A DNA stretch of 64,000 nt from Candidatus Latescibacterota bacterium (lineage in GTDB: Bacteria; Latescibacterota; UBA2968; UBA8231): the NCBI GenBank assembly GCA_965208105.1, contig OZ242318.1:4320001-4384000 (forward strand), given 5' to 3'. Below are positions 48,850 through 58,448 of the stretch, one piece after another (position 1 is the stretch's first letter; the number at the start of each line of letters is the position of its first letter). The notes under the pieces are model-generated. The model was not told where the DNA came from. It did not search any database and worked only from the letters and a program-made list of their open reading frames with translations. The translations under genes were made by a program, and so were the position numbers.

Positions 48850-49835
48850 TGGAGTATTGGGGAAAATGTCAGTCTGAGGCAATCTTCGGCTCGTCGTCTA
48901 GGCGTGATTCTGACCGACTTAGCGATAAAGACTATTTGATCATAGACAGTCGACCGGAAGTAAGAAGAAGACGTCGGTTTGAGCTGGAACAAATGGGCTG
49001 GTCGGTGGCTTCTTACTCGTGGGCCAGACTTGGTAGCCTTGCGAGGCAAAAGGCACTGTTTGTCCAACACTTAAAGTTGGAGGCTCTGGTAGTGAAGGAT
49101 GGCGCAAACCGACTAAGGCATTCGCTAAATTGCTATTCGCCCAAGGCAGATTACGATGTAGAAATCAACCAAGCGGGCAAAATTATGGTATCCATGATAA
49201 ATGAAGACATGGAGTTAGGACCGACGAATTGGATATTTGATGTGATTGCTGTCAATGTCCGGAATTTGGCGATATTGGCGCTTGCGAACCGCGGCGAATA
49301 TGTATTCTCGTATAATGATGCAATGGAGCGACTTGTAGTAGTTTATGGTTTGCCGGTGGACGATGCACGTCGGCTCTTAAAGCTCAGAGAAATCAAGGCA
49401 AGATATAGGAATGGATGCTACTATTCTGTGTTGACGCAAAGGGAAGTCGATGAGTTGCTAGGGTCGGTACAGAGGTGTGTCGAGTACGTGGGATGCTCCT
49501 TTGTCGATATCGTAGGAACGAGTGATTTTCTATTGCACTCGGAGGTAAAGGATCTTTACTTTAGGTCGAGATTGATTGAAAGAGACGTACTAGGCAGTGT
49601 CCCGGTCAAGGAATCATACCGAGAGGATTGTGAATATTTATCTAGACGGATTCTTCGCAGAATTAGAAAACCACGAGACTACTTGTGGCAATTCGAACAT
49701 GACCTCGAAACGATTCAAGAAGTCTCGAGTCTTCGAAGAATTTCTGAACCGTTGGATCTGGTGCGTGGGTTAGTACAATCAAGGGATTGCAGTGTTTTCC
49801 CTCACGGACTGGAGCGGCCTTGCCTATTGAGGTAA
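48849..49835 (+). CDS. Pol-beta-superfamily nucleotidyltransferase (Hailong HalB-like)
   Basis: IFGSSSRRDSDRLSDKDYLII (GS..DxD); TGATG coupling to the channel gene. Confidence 0.7.
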   Translation: MEYWGKCQSEAIFGSSSRRDSDRLSDKDYLIIDSRPEVRRRRRFELEQMGWSVASYSWARLGSLARQKALFVQHLKLEALVVKDGANRLRHSLNCYSPKADYDVEINQAGKIMVSMINEDMELGPTNWIFDVIAVNVRNLAILALANRGEYVFSYNDAMERLVVVYGLPVDDARRLLKLREIKARYRNGCYYSVLTQREVDELLGSVQRCVEYVGCSFVDIVGTSDFLLHSEVKDLYFRSRLIERDVLGSVPVKESYREDCEYLSRRILRRIRKPRDYLWQFEHDLETIQEVSSLRRISEPLDLVRGLVQSRDCSVFPHGLERPCLLR

Positions 49836-49873
49836 TCTGGCGGCGGGGTTTGAGGTGTATTTCGGTTGAAGTT

Positions 49874-50150
49874 CACAGCGTTGAAACGGGTTCCGGTCAG
49901 GTTGATTGATATCCGGCGTGGCGAGATTAGGTGACGCATTCGTCGGACTCGAAGCTCTGCAGGAGGCCGCGGAACGCCACCCGCAAGGTGGAGACGGTGC
50001 GGGCAGCCCTCTTGCGCATCAACGCGCTTGGCTCAGCGAGCACGGCGGCAGATACGCAAGCGCAGGGCCGAGATCACCTCGTGGACCCCAACGGAATTGT
50101 GCGCCACGAGGTTGTCAGTGATCACAATGTCGCCGAGCTGGAGGGTTGGC
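49874..50150 (-). mobile_element. IS630-family transposase C-terminal relic
   Basis: Minus strand TLQLGDIVITDNLVAH..YLPP..RAARTV..F..DEC..HAGY, with disruptions. Confidence 0.75.
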
Positions 50151-50212
50151 TCATGGCCCCCGGGCCCGTGACCCCGGCCGCACCGTGCCCGCCAAACCGA
50201 TTGATTAGTCCA

Positions 50213-50306
50213 CGGCGGTGGACCGAGCTTCGAGTGCTCCGCCCTGGGCCCATCGGCTGCCGTGGGCGACTCTGCTGGCGGGGGTGTTTTCCTCCGATCT
50301 CAGCGC
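50213..50306 (+). mobile_element. IS91-like transposase remnant
   Basis: DRASSAPPWAHRLPWATLLAGVFSSDLSA. Confidence 0.75.
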
Positions 50307-50325
50307 TGCAAAGGAAAGACAATCG

Positions 50326-51120
50326 ATGGCCAACCCCAAGCTCGTGCTAGTGGTTATTGATGGTTTGCGGCCTGAAGCTTTGTCGCAATCCGACTGTCCC
50401 ACCTTGCAAGACCTTCAGCGGCGGGGGGCCTGGACCCTGAATGCCCGGGCCGATATGCCTTCGGTGACCATGCCCTGCCACATGTCGATGTTCCACAGCG
50501 TCCCCGTCACCCGGCATGGCATCAGCTCCAATACATGGACGCCCATGGCCCGTCCCCTCCCGGGTCTCGTGGAGCAAATCCGGGCGGCCGATCGCACCAG
50601 CGCTTTCTTTTACGGCTGGGATGGTTTGCGCAATCTCTGCACGCCCGGGATGCTGACCCATGCCTTTTTCCGCGAAAAGCGCGACCTCGACAACGACGAC
50701 GCGATCGCCACGGCGGCTGTTCGGTGTCTCACAGACGAACAACCCGATTTTTCCTTCATCCATTTTGATACTGTCGATGGCGCGGGACACCGGTCGGGTT
50801 GGCTCTCTGAGGGGTATCTGCACCAGGTCACCCGGATCGACGCAGATTTGGAACGGGTCCTCGATGCGGTGCCTGACCAGAGCACCATCATGGTGCTGAG
50901 CGACCATGGGGGCCATGACCGCACACACGGTACCGATGCAAGCGAAGATATGACAATTCCCTGGTTGATTGCCGGCCCCGCCATTCGACCCAATTACGCC
51001 ATTCAAACGCCCGTAGATCTCCTGAGCATTGCTCCTACCATTGCCCGTATTCTACAGATTACACCTGCAGCAGATTGGGAGGGTACCGCCGTCGAAGAGA
51101 TTTTCATTGAGCCGGCGTGA
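50326..51120 (+). CDS. Alkaline phosphatase superfamily (nucleotide pyrophosphatase/phosphodiesterase-like)
   Basis: VIDGLRPE, PSVTMPCH, VDGAGH, SDHGG. Confidence 0.88.
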   Translation: MANPKLVLVVIDGLRPEALSQSDCPTLQDLQRRGAWTLNARADMPSVTMPCHMSMFHSVPVTRHGISSNTWTPMARPLPGLVEQIRAADRTSAFFYGWDGLRNLCTPGMLTHAFFREKRDLDNDDAIATAAVRCLTDEQPDFSFIHFDTVDGAGHRSGWLSEGYLHQVTRIDADLERVLDAVPDQSTIMVLSDHGGHDRTHGTDASEDMTIPWLIAGPAIRPNYAIQTPVDLLSIAPTIARILQITPAADWEGTAVEEIFIEPA

Positions 51121-51230
51121 CCTGCGCCGCCACGCCGGTAGGTGCGGAGTTTAATCGGGTTTCCCGGGTGCGGGCAGCCGATGTGAAGCTTCAGCCAGGA
51201 GCCGAGTTATCGATCTGCTAGCTCTGTCTG

Positions 51231-52298
51231 CTAGCTCTGTCTGCCGTCCCTCAGCGAATGCTCCACGGACTGTCTGGCTGCACTGTCACGCTCCCAGAGA
51301 TCGGCGTCCTCACCGGCATCGACCCGGCGATCGAAGATGTGGACAAGATCTCCATCATCGCCGAAGAACAACGCGTACTTCTCGGACCGCACCGTGACGG
51401 TTTCGCCATCTTTGTGCACCGCCTGTCCCTCGTGCACGAGCCGCATCCCGGAGTCGCGGCCTTCGATCAAACCGCGCAGAGACATGCCCTGGACATTGTA
51501 CGGCATGGGGAGCTCGCAGTAGTCGAGTATGGTGGGCAGCACGTCGATCTGGCGCGTGAGCTCCTGGGCGACGGAACCCGGTTGGATGTGTCCGGGACAG
51601 CGCACCAGGAGAGGGATTCGCAGGTTGGTGATCCACAGCGTGCCGTGACCGCGCTCGACCCCGTGATCGTTCAAGTGCTCGCCGTGATCGGCGGTGATTG
51701 CAGCGAAGGTGTTGTCGGCACCCAGCCGCTCATCCCAGCCGGCTATGAACCGACCGATGAGGGTATCGACAAACTCCACCTCGCCCACGTAGGTCTTCGG
51801 GAACGGGTCGGGGCAGTTGTCCGGCGTGTGGGGGTCGATGAAGTGTACCCATAGGAATTGCGGCCGACTCGCATCGACTCTGTCCAACCAGGCCTCCACC
51901 CTCTGAATGGTTTGGTCCCCCCGGTTCTCCTCGGCTCCGGCGCCTCCTTCGCTGTGGGCTTCCTCGAAGCCGAGCACATCCTGGAGCTGGAAACCTCCCC
52001 AGCTGGTGATCGCGGTGGTGGCGTATCCCTGCGCCGTCGCGATCTCGGCCAGGGTGGTCCGGCGGCGCGGGGTCTGCACCCCATTCCAGTTGACGCCGTG
52101 CACCGACGGCACGCAGCCGCTGAGCAGACTGGTGTGCGAGGGCAGGGTCGTAGCCAAGGAGGACAGGTGCTGCTGAAAACGAGCTCCCGAAGCAGCGAAC
52201 GCATCCAGGTTCGGGGTGCGGATCTCCATCTCCTGGTAGCAGGCGAGATGATCGGCGCGCAGCGAATCGATGGTGATAAGCAGAATATGCATCTTCAT
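51231..52298 (-). CDS. Sulfatase-like hydrolase
   Basis: ITIDSLRADHL, TPNLD, TLPSHTSLLSG, TADHGE. Confidence 0.88.
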   Translation of the reverse strand: MKMHILLITIDSLRADHLACYQEMEIRTPNLDAFAASGARFQQHLSSLATTLPSHTSLLSGCVPSVHGVNWNGVQTPRRRTTLAEIATAQGYATTAITSWGGFQLQDVLGFEEAHSEGGAGAEENRGDQTIQRVEAWLDRVDASRPQFLWVHFIDPHTPDNCPDPFPKTYVGEVEFVDTLIGRFIAGWDERLGADNTFAAITADHGEHLNDHGVERGHGTLWITNLRIPLLVRCPGHIQPGSVAQELTRQIDVLPTILDYCELPMPYNVQGMSLRGLIEGRDSGMRLVHEGQAVHKDGETVTVRSEKYALFFGDDGDLVHIFDRRVDAGEDADLWERDSAARQSVEHSLRDGRQS

Positions 52299-53488
52299 GG
52301 CGGTAGTCCCTCCGGAATTTCCTGGGTTTCGTTGAGGATCCACAGCGGCTGGCAGAACGCCCACTGACTCAGCTCCGGCTGCTCGTCCGGCCAGCGCGAC
52401 CGGCCGTTTTCGCACTCGATGCGGACGTAGCCCTCATTGCCGACAATCCGGTACCGGGCGGACAGATCTTCGACTTCGAGAAGGGTGCTGCCCCCGTGCC
52501 CGATGAAGCGAATGCGCTCGGCGTTTTCGGTACTGACGCAGATATGGTCGCCTTCCAGCGTGAGCGACGATACCGAAACTCCGGTACTGACGCAGAAACT
52601 CCCGCTTCGCAAGGCGCGGCGCACCTCCGCCACACTGAGCGAATCAGCCCAGACATCGGTCCATGCTATAAATGGTTCGGCGCCGCCGTCGACACCGTGG
52701 GTGTGCATGTCGTCGTTGCCATATCCCCAACAGCTGACCCGAGCGCTGAGGATACCGTCCCACAGACGGCGAGCAAATCCCCGCGTGCCGGCGGGATCCT
52801 GCTGCTTCCCGTGTCGCATGGTGTACCCGTTGACGACCTCGATGCCGTCGAATCGGCGCAGTTCGGGGTGATCGAGGAAGAAGGCCGGATCGTCGTCCCA
52901 GGCGTGGGGATGGGGCAGGTAGACCACGCCGCCCGCCTGCTGCGTCACTTCCCGGTATCCGTGTGTGCCGCGGAAACGAGCGATATCGCTCCCCTCGGTG
53001 TAGATGGGATACCCGTTAACCACGATGTGAGGGCCGGTGAAATGGTCCTCGAAACCGGGCAGCAGGAGCAGCTCGCCCGGTCGCTCGATCTTCCAGTTCT
53101 CCGCGACCCACGGTCGTCCCTGTTCGGCGGCCGTCCGGCTGTAATCGCGTACGTAGGCCTCCCGGCCGGCGTCTTCGGGGATGGCCTTGTGCGGCTTGTG
53201 TCCGGTGCCTATCGCGCGGGCGCGCGACATGACGACGCCGTCGAGGTTCCAGTCGTGGACGCCGTCGCCGTCCTGGTCGCCGTTGGCGTTGTGGTCGGCG
53301 ATGCAGAGGATCTGGTAGCCCGCGCGGGCGTAGAGATCGGCTACTTCTTGCGGCGACAGCTTGCCGTCGCTGTGCGTACTGTGGCAATGGAGGTTAGCTT
53401 TGAATGCGGGCGCACCTGGATTATGGAAGGATCCGACGACGAACAGCTTCGATCTGTTCGTCCTGATTTCGCGGCGTTCCAGCATCAT
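52295..53488 (-). CDS. PHP-domain metallohydrolase (CehA/McbA-like)
   Basis: KANLHCHSTHSDG, ADH, PHP, GNDDMH. Confidence 0.8.
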   Translation of the reverse strand: MMLERREIRTNRSKLFVVGSFHNPGAPAFKANLHCHSTHSDGKLSPQEVADLYARAGYQILCIADHNANGDQDGDGVHDWNLDGVVMSRARAIGTGHKPHKAIPEDAGREAYVRDYSRTAAEQGRPWVAENWKIERPGELLLLPGFEDHFTGPHIVVNGYPIYTEGSDIARFRGTHGYREVTQQAGGVVYLPHPHAWDDDPAFFLDHPELRRFDGIEVVNGYTMRHGKQQDPAGTRGFARRLWDGILSARVSCWGYGNDDMHTHGVDGGAEPFIAWTDVWADSLSVAEVRRALRSGSFCVSTGVSVSSLTLEGDHICVSTENAERIRFIGHGGSTLLEVEDLSARYRIVGNEGYVRIECENGRSRWPDEQPELSQWAFCQPLWILNETQEIPEGLPP

Positions 53489-53578
53489 CCACTCTTTCCG
53501 CTCATTACCTCTTCATGGTCAGGTGGTGGAACGAAATAGTCTCAGGGCCGAAACTCGTGACCCAGATCTCCCAGGAGC

Positions 53579-53733
53579 CGCCTTTGCCTCGGCCTGCAGC
53601 GAATTGCGTCGCTTTTGGACACTATTCACTGGCGATCGGCGAGTTCTCCGGATTGCGATTTGACGAAATCTTTCCTAAACATACACAATCCGGCGCGCCG
53701 GTCGATAGATAGTCAATAAGAAAGGACGAACCC
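53579..53733 (+). repeat. Repeat C copy 1 (promoter/RBS-like leader)
   Basis: About 90-bp core shared with 56892-57025; TTGACG-18-CACAAT inside ccggattg..caatccgg; GAAAGGA. Confidence 0.75.
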
Positions 53734-53843
53734 ATGCCGGATACGAAGCGGTAGCCCAACCCGTGCTGGACCTTCGCCGTCAGGTCGGTACTTTCAGTAC
53801 GCCGTCGGTCCGCCAAGCATGACTATAAAGGAAGGTAGGTGTC

Positions 53844-54866
53844 ATGAAAGGTGTCGTCTTTCTGGGTGAGTGCAAATGCGAGGTGCGAGAATTCCCCGAT
53901 CCAGTTCCCGGTCCTGGACAGGTTCGAGTGAAAATGATGGCCACCGGAATCTGCGGCAGCGATATGCGCGCCTATCCCGTGACCAGGGAGCAGGCAAACG
54001 AGAGGGGCGACAGAATACCGGGCCACGAACCGTGTGGCATCGTCGACTTCCTGGGCGATGGGGTGAAAAGGATCAAGGAAGGCGATAGAGTGACGGTATA
54101 TCATTACAAGGGGTGCGGCCATTGTGCAGATTGCGCCGCCGGGGACCTGATGTGGTGCAATCGGACCAAGGCTTACGGAGCCCATATGCATGGTTCGCAC
54201 GCCGATTTTGTGGTTGCCGATGAGCGCAACTGCGTTCCGCTTCCCGATGGCCTCAGTTTCATCGACGGCGCGTTCACCTCCTGTCCGGCGGGGACAGCTT
54301 ATTGCTCAATGCAGAAGCTTCAGGTCAAGGCGGGCGATTCGGTAGCGGTCTTCGGCTTGGGTCCAGTTGGACTGAGCGGGGTTTTGCTGGCGAAGGCCAA
54401 AGGGTGCAGAGTAATTGGCGTCGACATTGTCCAGGATCGCGTCGCGCTGGCGAAGCAGGTGGGAGCGGATGCCGCGGTCAATGCCCGTCGCGAGGATGCG
54501 GTCGAAGCTATAGGCGATTTCACCGGTGGATACGGAGCGACAGCGGCGTTCGAAGCGTCGGGAAGTCTGGAGGGTCGCGAGAATTTGGGTGCCTGCCTTG
54601 GACGCCGAGGTCGAGGCGTTCTCGTCGGTACGGGCAGTTCAGAGAAATTCCTGGATCCGAACCAAATCAAGAGCAAACAGTTGACTTTGATCGGCTCGTT
54701 TGTGCTTCCCCTGTGGATGACCTGGGAGATGGTGGATTTTCTGGATGCACAGAGTCTCTCTTTTGAAAGCGCCGTGACCCACCGATTCCCACTGGAAAAA
54801 GCGGACGAAGCTTACGCGACTTTTGCGGCAGGAAAGAGCGGCAAAGTCATTTTCGAATCGCAGTGA
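53844..54866 (+). CDS. Zinc-binding alcohol dehydrogenase
   Basis: GICGSD, GHE, CGHCADC..G....C, GLGPVG. Confidence 0.92.
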   Translation: MKGVVFLGECKCEVREFPDPVPGPGQVRVKMMATGICGSDMRAYPVTREQANERGDRIPGHEPCGIVDFLGDGVKRIKEGDRVTVYHYKGCGHCADCAAGDLMWCNRTKAYGAHMHGSHADFVVADERNCVPLPDGLSFIDGAFTSCPAGTAYCSMQKLQVKAGDSVAVFGLGPVGLSGVLLAKAKGCRVIGVDIVQDRVALAKQVGADAAVNARREDAVEAIGDFTGGYGATAAFEASGSLEGRENLGACLGRRGRGVLVGTGSSEKFLDPNQIKSKQLTLIGSFVLPLWMTWEMVDFLDAQSLSFESAVTHRFPLEKADEAYATFAAGKSGKVIFESQ

Positions 54867-54893
54867 GGTGTGTTGCTGCCAGGGTCGCAGTTG

Positions 54894-55943
54894 CTACCGT
54901 GCGAAAGCGCGGGCGATGCGCCACACACCGCGGGCGTTGGGCGTGGTGCCGTCGCACCCCTCGTAGACCATTCCGAACGCTCCTTCTTCGGAACCGGCCG
55001 GCATCTCGAACACGCACATCTCCGACGCCTTGACCGCGTCGGGGCCGTTCCCGTCTGGAACGATCGCGGAACCGTCCGCGCGCCAGTCCAGACCATCGGG
55101 CGAGGTGGCTGAAAGAATCTGCTGGCTTCCGCCCTGGGTAGGCACCGTTTCGGAAACCTGGGAGGTGTAATACATCCGGTAACCGCCTTCCGGCAGTCGA
55201 ACGATCTCGGGCGCGAATGCAGTGGGATCTTCTGGCAACCGTGGTCCCTCTACATCGAAGTCCGTCCCGCCATTGGTCGAGACAGCACTGACGATGCCAA
55301 CGTCCCGTTGGGTCACGTACAGCCGGACACGGCCATCGTCGGTATAGATGATGCGCGACGCCATCACGTTGCCGCCGCTGATCCGCAAGCGGTGCCCCTC
55401 TTCGAGGGTCCAGGTCAGACCGCCATCCGCGGACAGGGCGCTGCGAATCGAGTTCTCCGTCGACTGCGTGCCCGGGCAGCTTTCGAAATACATGCGCAGG
55501 CGGCCCGACCCATCCGTCATCGGCACTACCTCCGACGACACCACGCGAAACTCACCGGCGTTGCCCTGCTCCGGCGTGAGCCGCACACCTGGTTCCGGTC
55601 TCCAGCTGAGGCCGTCTGTCGACACCGCACTGAGGATGCGGGTGGTGGCGTTTTCGTAGTCGTTGGCTCCGGCCGGGTGACCGGACCGCGGCAGGATCTG
55701 GGTGTAGTACATCCGGTAACTGCGGTCGGGCAGCCGTATCACGCGGGGACTCACCGAGCCGCAGATACCGCTGCGCATCGCATCGCGGGGCCAACGGGTC
55801 CCGGGATCGGGAGGCGGTGCCGCGTGCTCGTCCGGGACCGCGTCGATGGCGGCGACTTCGGTCCTCGTCCAGGCGTTTCCCGGATCTCGCGTCACCGTAT
55901 GCACTTCTGGGGTACCGGTCGTCGACTGCGTCAGGTCTATCAT
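54894..55943 (-). CDS. Hypothetical beta-propeller protein
   Basis: Repeated YRMYY / SA.S.DGL.W motifs. Confidence 0.7.
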   Translation of the reverse strand: MIDLTQSTTGTPEVHTVTRDPGNAWTRTEVAAIDAVPDEHAAPPPDPGTRWPRDAMRSGICGSVSPRVIRLPDRSYRMYYTQILPRSGHPAGANDYENATTRILSAVSTDGLSWRPEPGVRLTPEQGNAGEFRVVSSEVVPMTDGSGRLRMYFESCPGTQSTENSIRSALSADGGLTWTLEEGHRLRISGGNVMASRIIYTDDGRVRLYVTQRDVGIVSAVSTNGGTDFDVEGPRLPEDPTAFAPEIVRLPEGGYRMYYTSQVSETVPTQGGSQQILSATSPDGLDWRADGSAIVPDGNGPDAVKASEMCVFEMPAGSEEGAFGMVYEGCDGTTPNARGVWRIARAFAR

Positions 55944-56689
55944 CTGTCTACCTCCGCTTTGCTAGCGATGGTGATTATCTCCGGGCTCGTATCTGTCAGT
56001 GGACTGTAGTGCCAGTCCCCGAACTGCTGCTCGATCCTCATTCCGCCATCGGCAATGAACCCAGACAACGAATCGCCCCCAAGGAACCGCAATTTGCTGT
56101 GGCTTATCTTGGGGCCGGGCCAATCCGAGCTCGTGTAGGTGTGGCTGAAATCGACAATCTCCCCTTCCACCTTCTCCACCACGCACTTCGATCGCACCAC
56201 TCTTCCGGTACTGCCGGTAACCTGACCCGAGTATAGTTTATCCCACTGTTCCCACTCACGAGCAAGAGGATTGCGGGTTTCGAACGCGAACCGTCCATCG
56301 TCCGTGAGCGCAGCGCCGATCGCAGCGAGCGCCGTCCGCAACTCATCATCCCCGACAAACACCTGGAAGGCGTGCCCGCTCATCAAGATCAGGTCGAACT
56401 CGCTTTTCCAGGAGACGGACGACAGGTCGCCGAGCACCCACTCGATACCGGGTTGTTTGCGTGCCTGTTCGAGCATCCCCTGAGCAGGGTCAAGTCCGCA
56501 CAATCGGCCCCGGTGACCTCGATCCCGTGCTCGGTGAAGCAATGCCCCGGTCCCGCAGCCGACGTCGAGCACCGCTGTAGCCTCCGTGATCAACGGAAGA
56601 TAGAAGGCGAAGTCCCCTCTTCCGTCCGGCGGCGCGAAGAGATCGTACAGGGCAGCTAGATCGGGGTCAGCGAAAAGGAGATCCGGCAT
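55940..56689 (-). CDS. Class I SAM-dependent methyltransferase
   Basis: VLDVGCGTG, GLDPAQGML, FETRNP. Confidence 0.88.
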   Translation of the reverse strand: MPDLLFADPDLAALYDLFAPPDGRGDFAFYLPLITEATAVLDVGCGTGALLHRARDRGHRGRLCGLDPAQGMLEQARKQPGIEWVLGDLSSVSWKSEFDLILMSGHAFQVFVGDDELRTALAAIGAALTDDGRFAFETRNPLAREWEQWDKLYSGQVTGSTGRVVRSKCVVEKVEGEIVDFSHTYTSSDWPGPKISHSKLRFLGGDSLSGFIADGGMRIEQQFGDWHYSPLTDTSPEIITIASKAEVDR

Positions 56690-56763
56690 GGTACCTCTCG
56701 AGAAGACGCCCTCTGGTAGGGTGGCTGGACGTCCTGTGCGCTCTCCACCACTTCGACTCCGTC

Positions 56764-56898
56764 TCAGAATGCTACGTGGTCCATTGTCTCAGCGGCAGCA
56801 TCTTTGGGGTCCGGATAATGCCACGCCGCGTCCGGATTCTGCTCCTCTCCAACCACGACATTATAATAGTGGGCGACATAATAGTGGGCGACGCCTTT
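56764..56898 (-). pseudogene. DUF427 C-terminal fragment
   Basis: KGVAHYY..V...NPDAAWHYPDPK.AA...DHVAF; 15-bp tandem duplication. Confidence 0.75.
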
Positions 56899-57025
56899 GC
56901 CTCGGCGTGCAGCGCTCGAGCAGCTCCGGTGTGGGTTCTCCGGATTGCGATTTGACGAAATCTTCCCAAAACATACACAATCCGGCGCGCCGGTCGATAG
57001 ATAGTCAATACGAAAGGACGAACCC
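56892..57025 (+). repeat. Repeat C copy 2
   Basis: Direct repeat of 53579-53733. Confidence 0.75.
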
Positions 57026-57082
57026 TTACCGGCGCGGATGTCCCCCTGGTGTCGGACACGGCCGCCAAAACGCCGCCCGACC

Positions 57083-57155
57083 GGCAAACGATGCCCCTTG
57101 GGTGTGTTCGGCGCCTTGACAAGAGGGCCGAAAAGGGGCCTAATTTTTCCTGTAC
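57083..57155 (+). mobile_element. Divergent family A oriIS-like end, copy 5
   Basis: ggcaaacgatgc..ggcgccttgacaagagggccgaaaaggggcctaatttTTCCTGTAC. Confidence 0.65.
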
Positions 57156-57257
57156 TTAGCAGTTCATTGATGATGCGGAGAGCATGACAGCCGGATTCGA
57201 GAATGTGGATGCCAGGGACAGACGGGCGTTTGCGGATTAGGACGGAGGAGAGATCGA

Positions 57258-58448
57258 ATGAAGATTACTGACCTCAAGTGCGCCGTCATCGGCGGCAACC
57301 CTGTCGTTCGTATCAAGACCGACAGTGAAATTGACGGTCTTGGGCAGGCCGAGTGGACGAAGCGGTACCTGAAGCCTCACGTGCTTTTTTATCGCGACAT
57401 GATACTGGGGCAGGACCCCACGGACGTTGAGCGGGTCATGGACAGGATCCGCAGGATGGGGAGCTTCAAGCCCTGGGGCGCCGCGGTGAGCGCAATCGAG
57501 GTGGCGCTGTGGGACATCGCCGGGAAGGCGGCGGGACTCCCGGTGTACAAGCTGTTGGGCGGCAAGGTGAGGGACAAGGTCAGGGTCTATAACGGGGGCG
57601 TGAGGGTGCCGCTGGAAGGGCATTCGCCCGAGCACTACGCTGAGGACATGGCCAGGATGAAGGAGTTCAAAGAGGGGTTCACTATCATCAAGCAGGGGAT
57701 CGCTTTCCACTCGCGTACGCCGGAGGAGGTCCCGGACTTCTTCTACGGTGAGCGTCCCCAGGGGGTAAGGTCGGCGTTCGGCGGGCCTCTCACGGAGCGC
57801 GGCCTGAAGCACACGGTAGCCTGTATTGAGGCGATGAAGGACGTGCTGGGAGACGAGATCGGCCTCGCTCTGGACTGCGGCCCGGGGATGACGGTGCCTG
57901 ACGCTCTCCGACTCGCGAAGGCGGTGGAGCCGCTGAATGTGATGTGGCTGGAGGACATGATTACGGGGGACTATACGCCCTATGTTCTGCCGGAACTGTA
58001 CCGTGATGTGACAACTGCCACGTCCACGCCGATTCACACGGGTGAGCAGATATACCTCAGGCAGAACTTCAAGGACCTGATCGAAAAGAAGGCGGTAAAC
58101 ATAATTGGACCGGACCCGCTGGATGTCGGAGGAATTGCCGAGTTGAAGTGGATCGCCGAGTTCGCGGACCTCCACGGAATCCTCATGGCGCCGCACGGCG
58201 TTGCGGACGGGCTCATCGGACTGGCGGCGCACGTCCACCTGGCCGCGACACTTCCGCGGAACTACATCGCGTTGGAGTATCCCGTGGGAAAGCCGGAGTG
58301 GTGGTACGACCTTATTGACGGACTTCCGTCCCCGATAGTGGAGGATGGATTCATTCGGGTCTGGGACACACCCGGTTTAGGCGTCACATTCAACGTGCCG
58401 GAGGCGAAGAAGCGTTTGTCCGAGGAGGACAGGGGCTTCTTCGATTAG
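57258..58448 (+). CDS. Mandelate racemase/muconate lactonizing enzyme family
   Basis: AIEVALWDIAGK, WLED, TGEQ, APH, PGLG. Confidence 0.9.
   Translation: MKITDLKCAVIGGNPVVRIKTDSEIDGLGQAEWTKRYLKPHVLFYRDMILGQDPTDVERVMDRIRRMGSFKPWGAAVSAIEVALWDIAGKAAGLPVYKLLGGKVRDKVRVYNGGVRVPLEGHSPEHYAEDMARMKEFKEGFTIIKQGIAFHSRTPEEVPDFFYGERPQGVRSAFGGPLTERGLKHTVACIEAMKDVLGDEIGLALDCGPGMTVPDALRLAKAVEPLNVMWLEDMITGDYTPYVLPELYRDVTTATSTPIHTGEQIYLRQNFKDLIEKKAVNIIGPDPLDVGGIAELKWIAEFADLHGILMAPHGVADGLIGLAAHVHLAATLPRNYIALEYPVGKPEWWYDLIDGLPSPIVEDGFIRVWDTPGLGVTFNVPEAKKRLSEEDRGFFD

Noticed and set aside
4975-57155. Repeats as a CRISPR array or integron attC cassettes
   Set aside because: Spacing is kilobases and irregular, the repeats include transposase coding sequence, and no consistent RYYYAAC/GTTRRRY boxes, cas genes or intI are visible.
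4975-57155. Mosaic as a pure repeat-driven misassembly
   Set aside because: Copies are diverged and differently truncated, and many breaks lie outside repeats. Not fully excluded without spanning reads.
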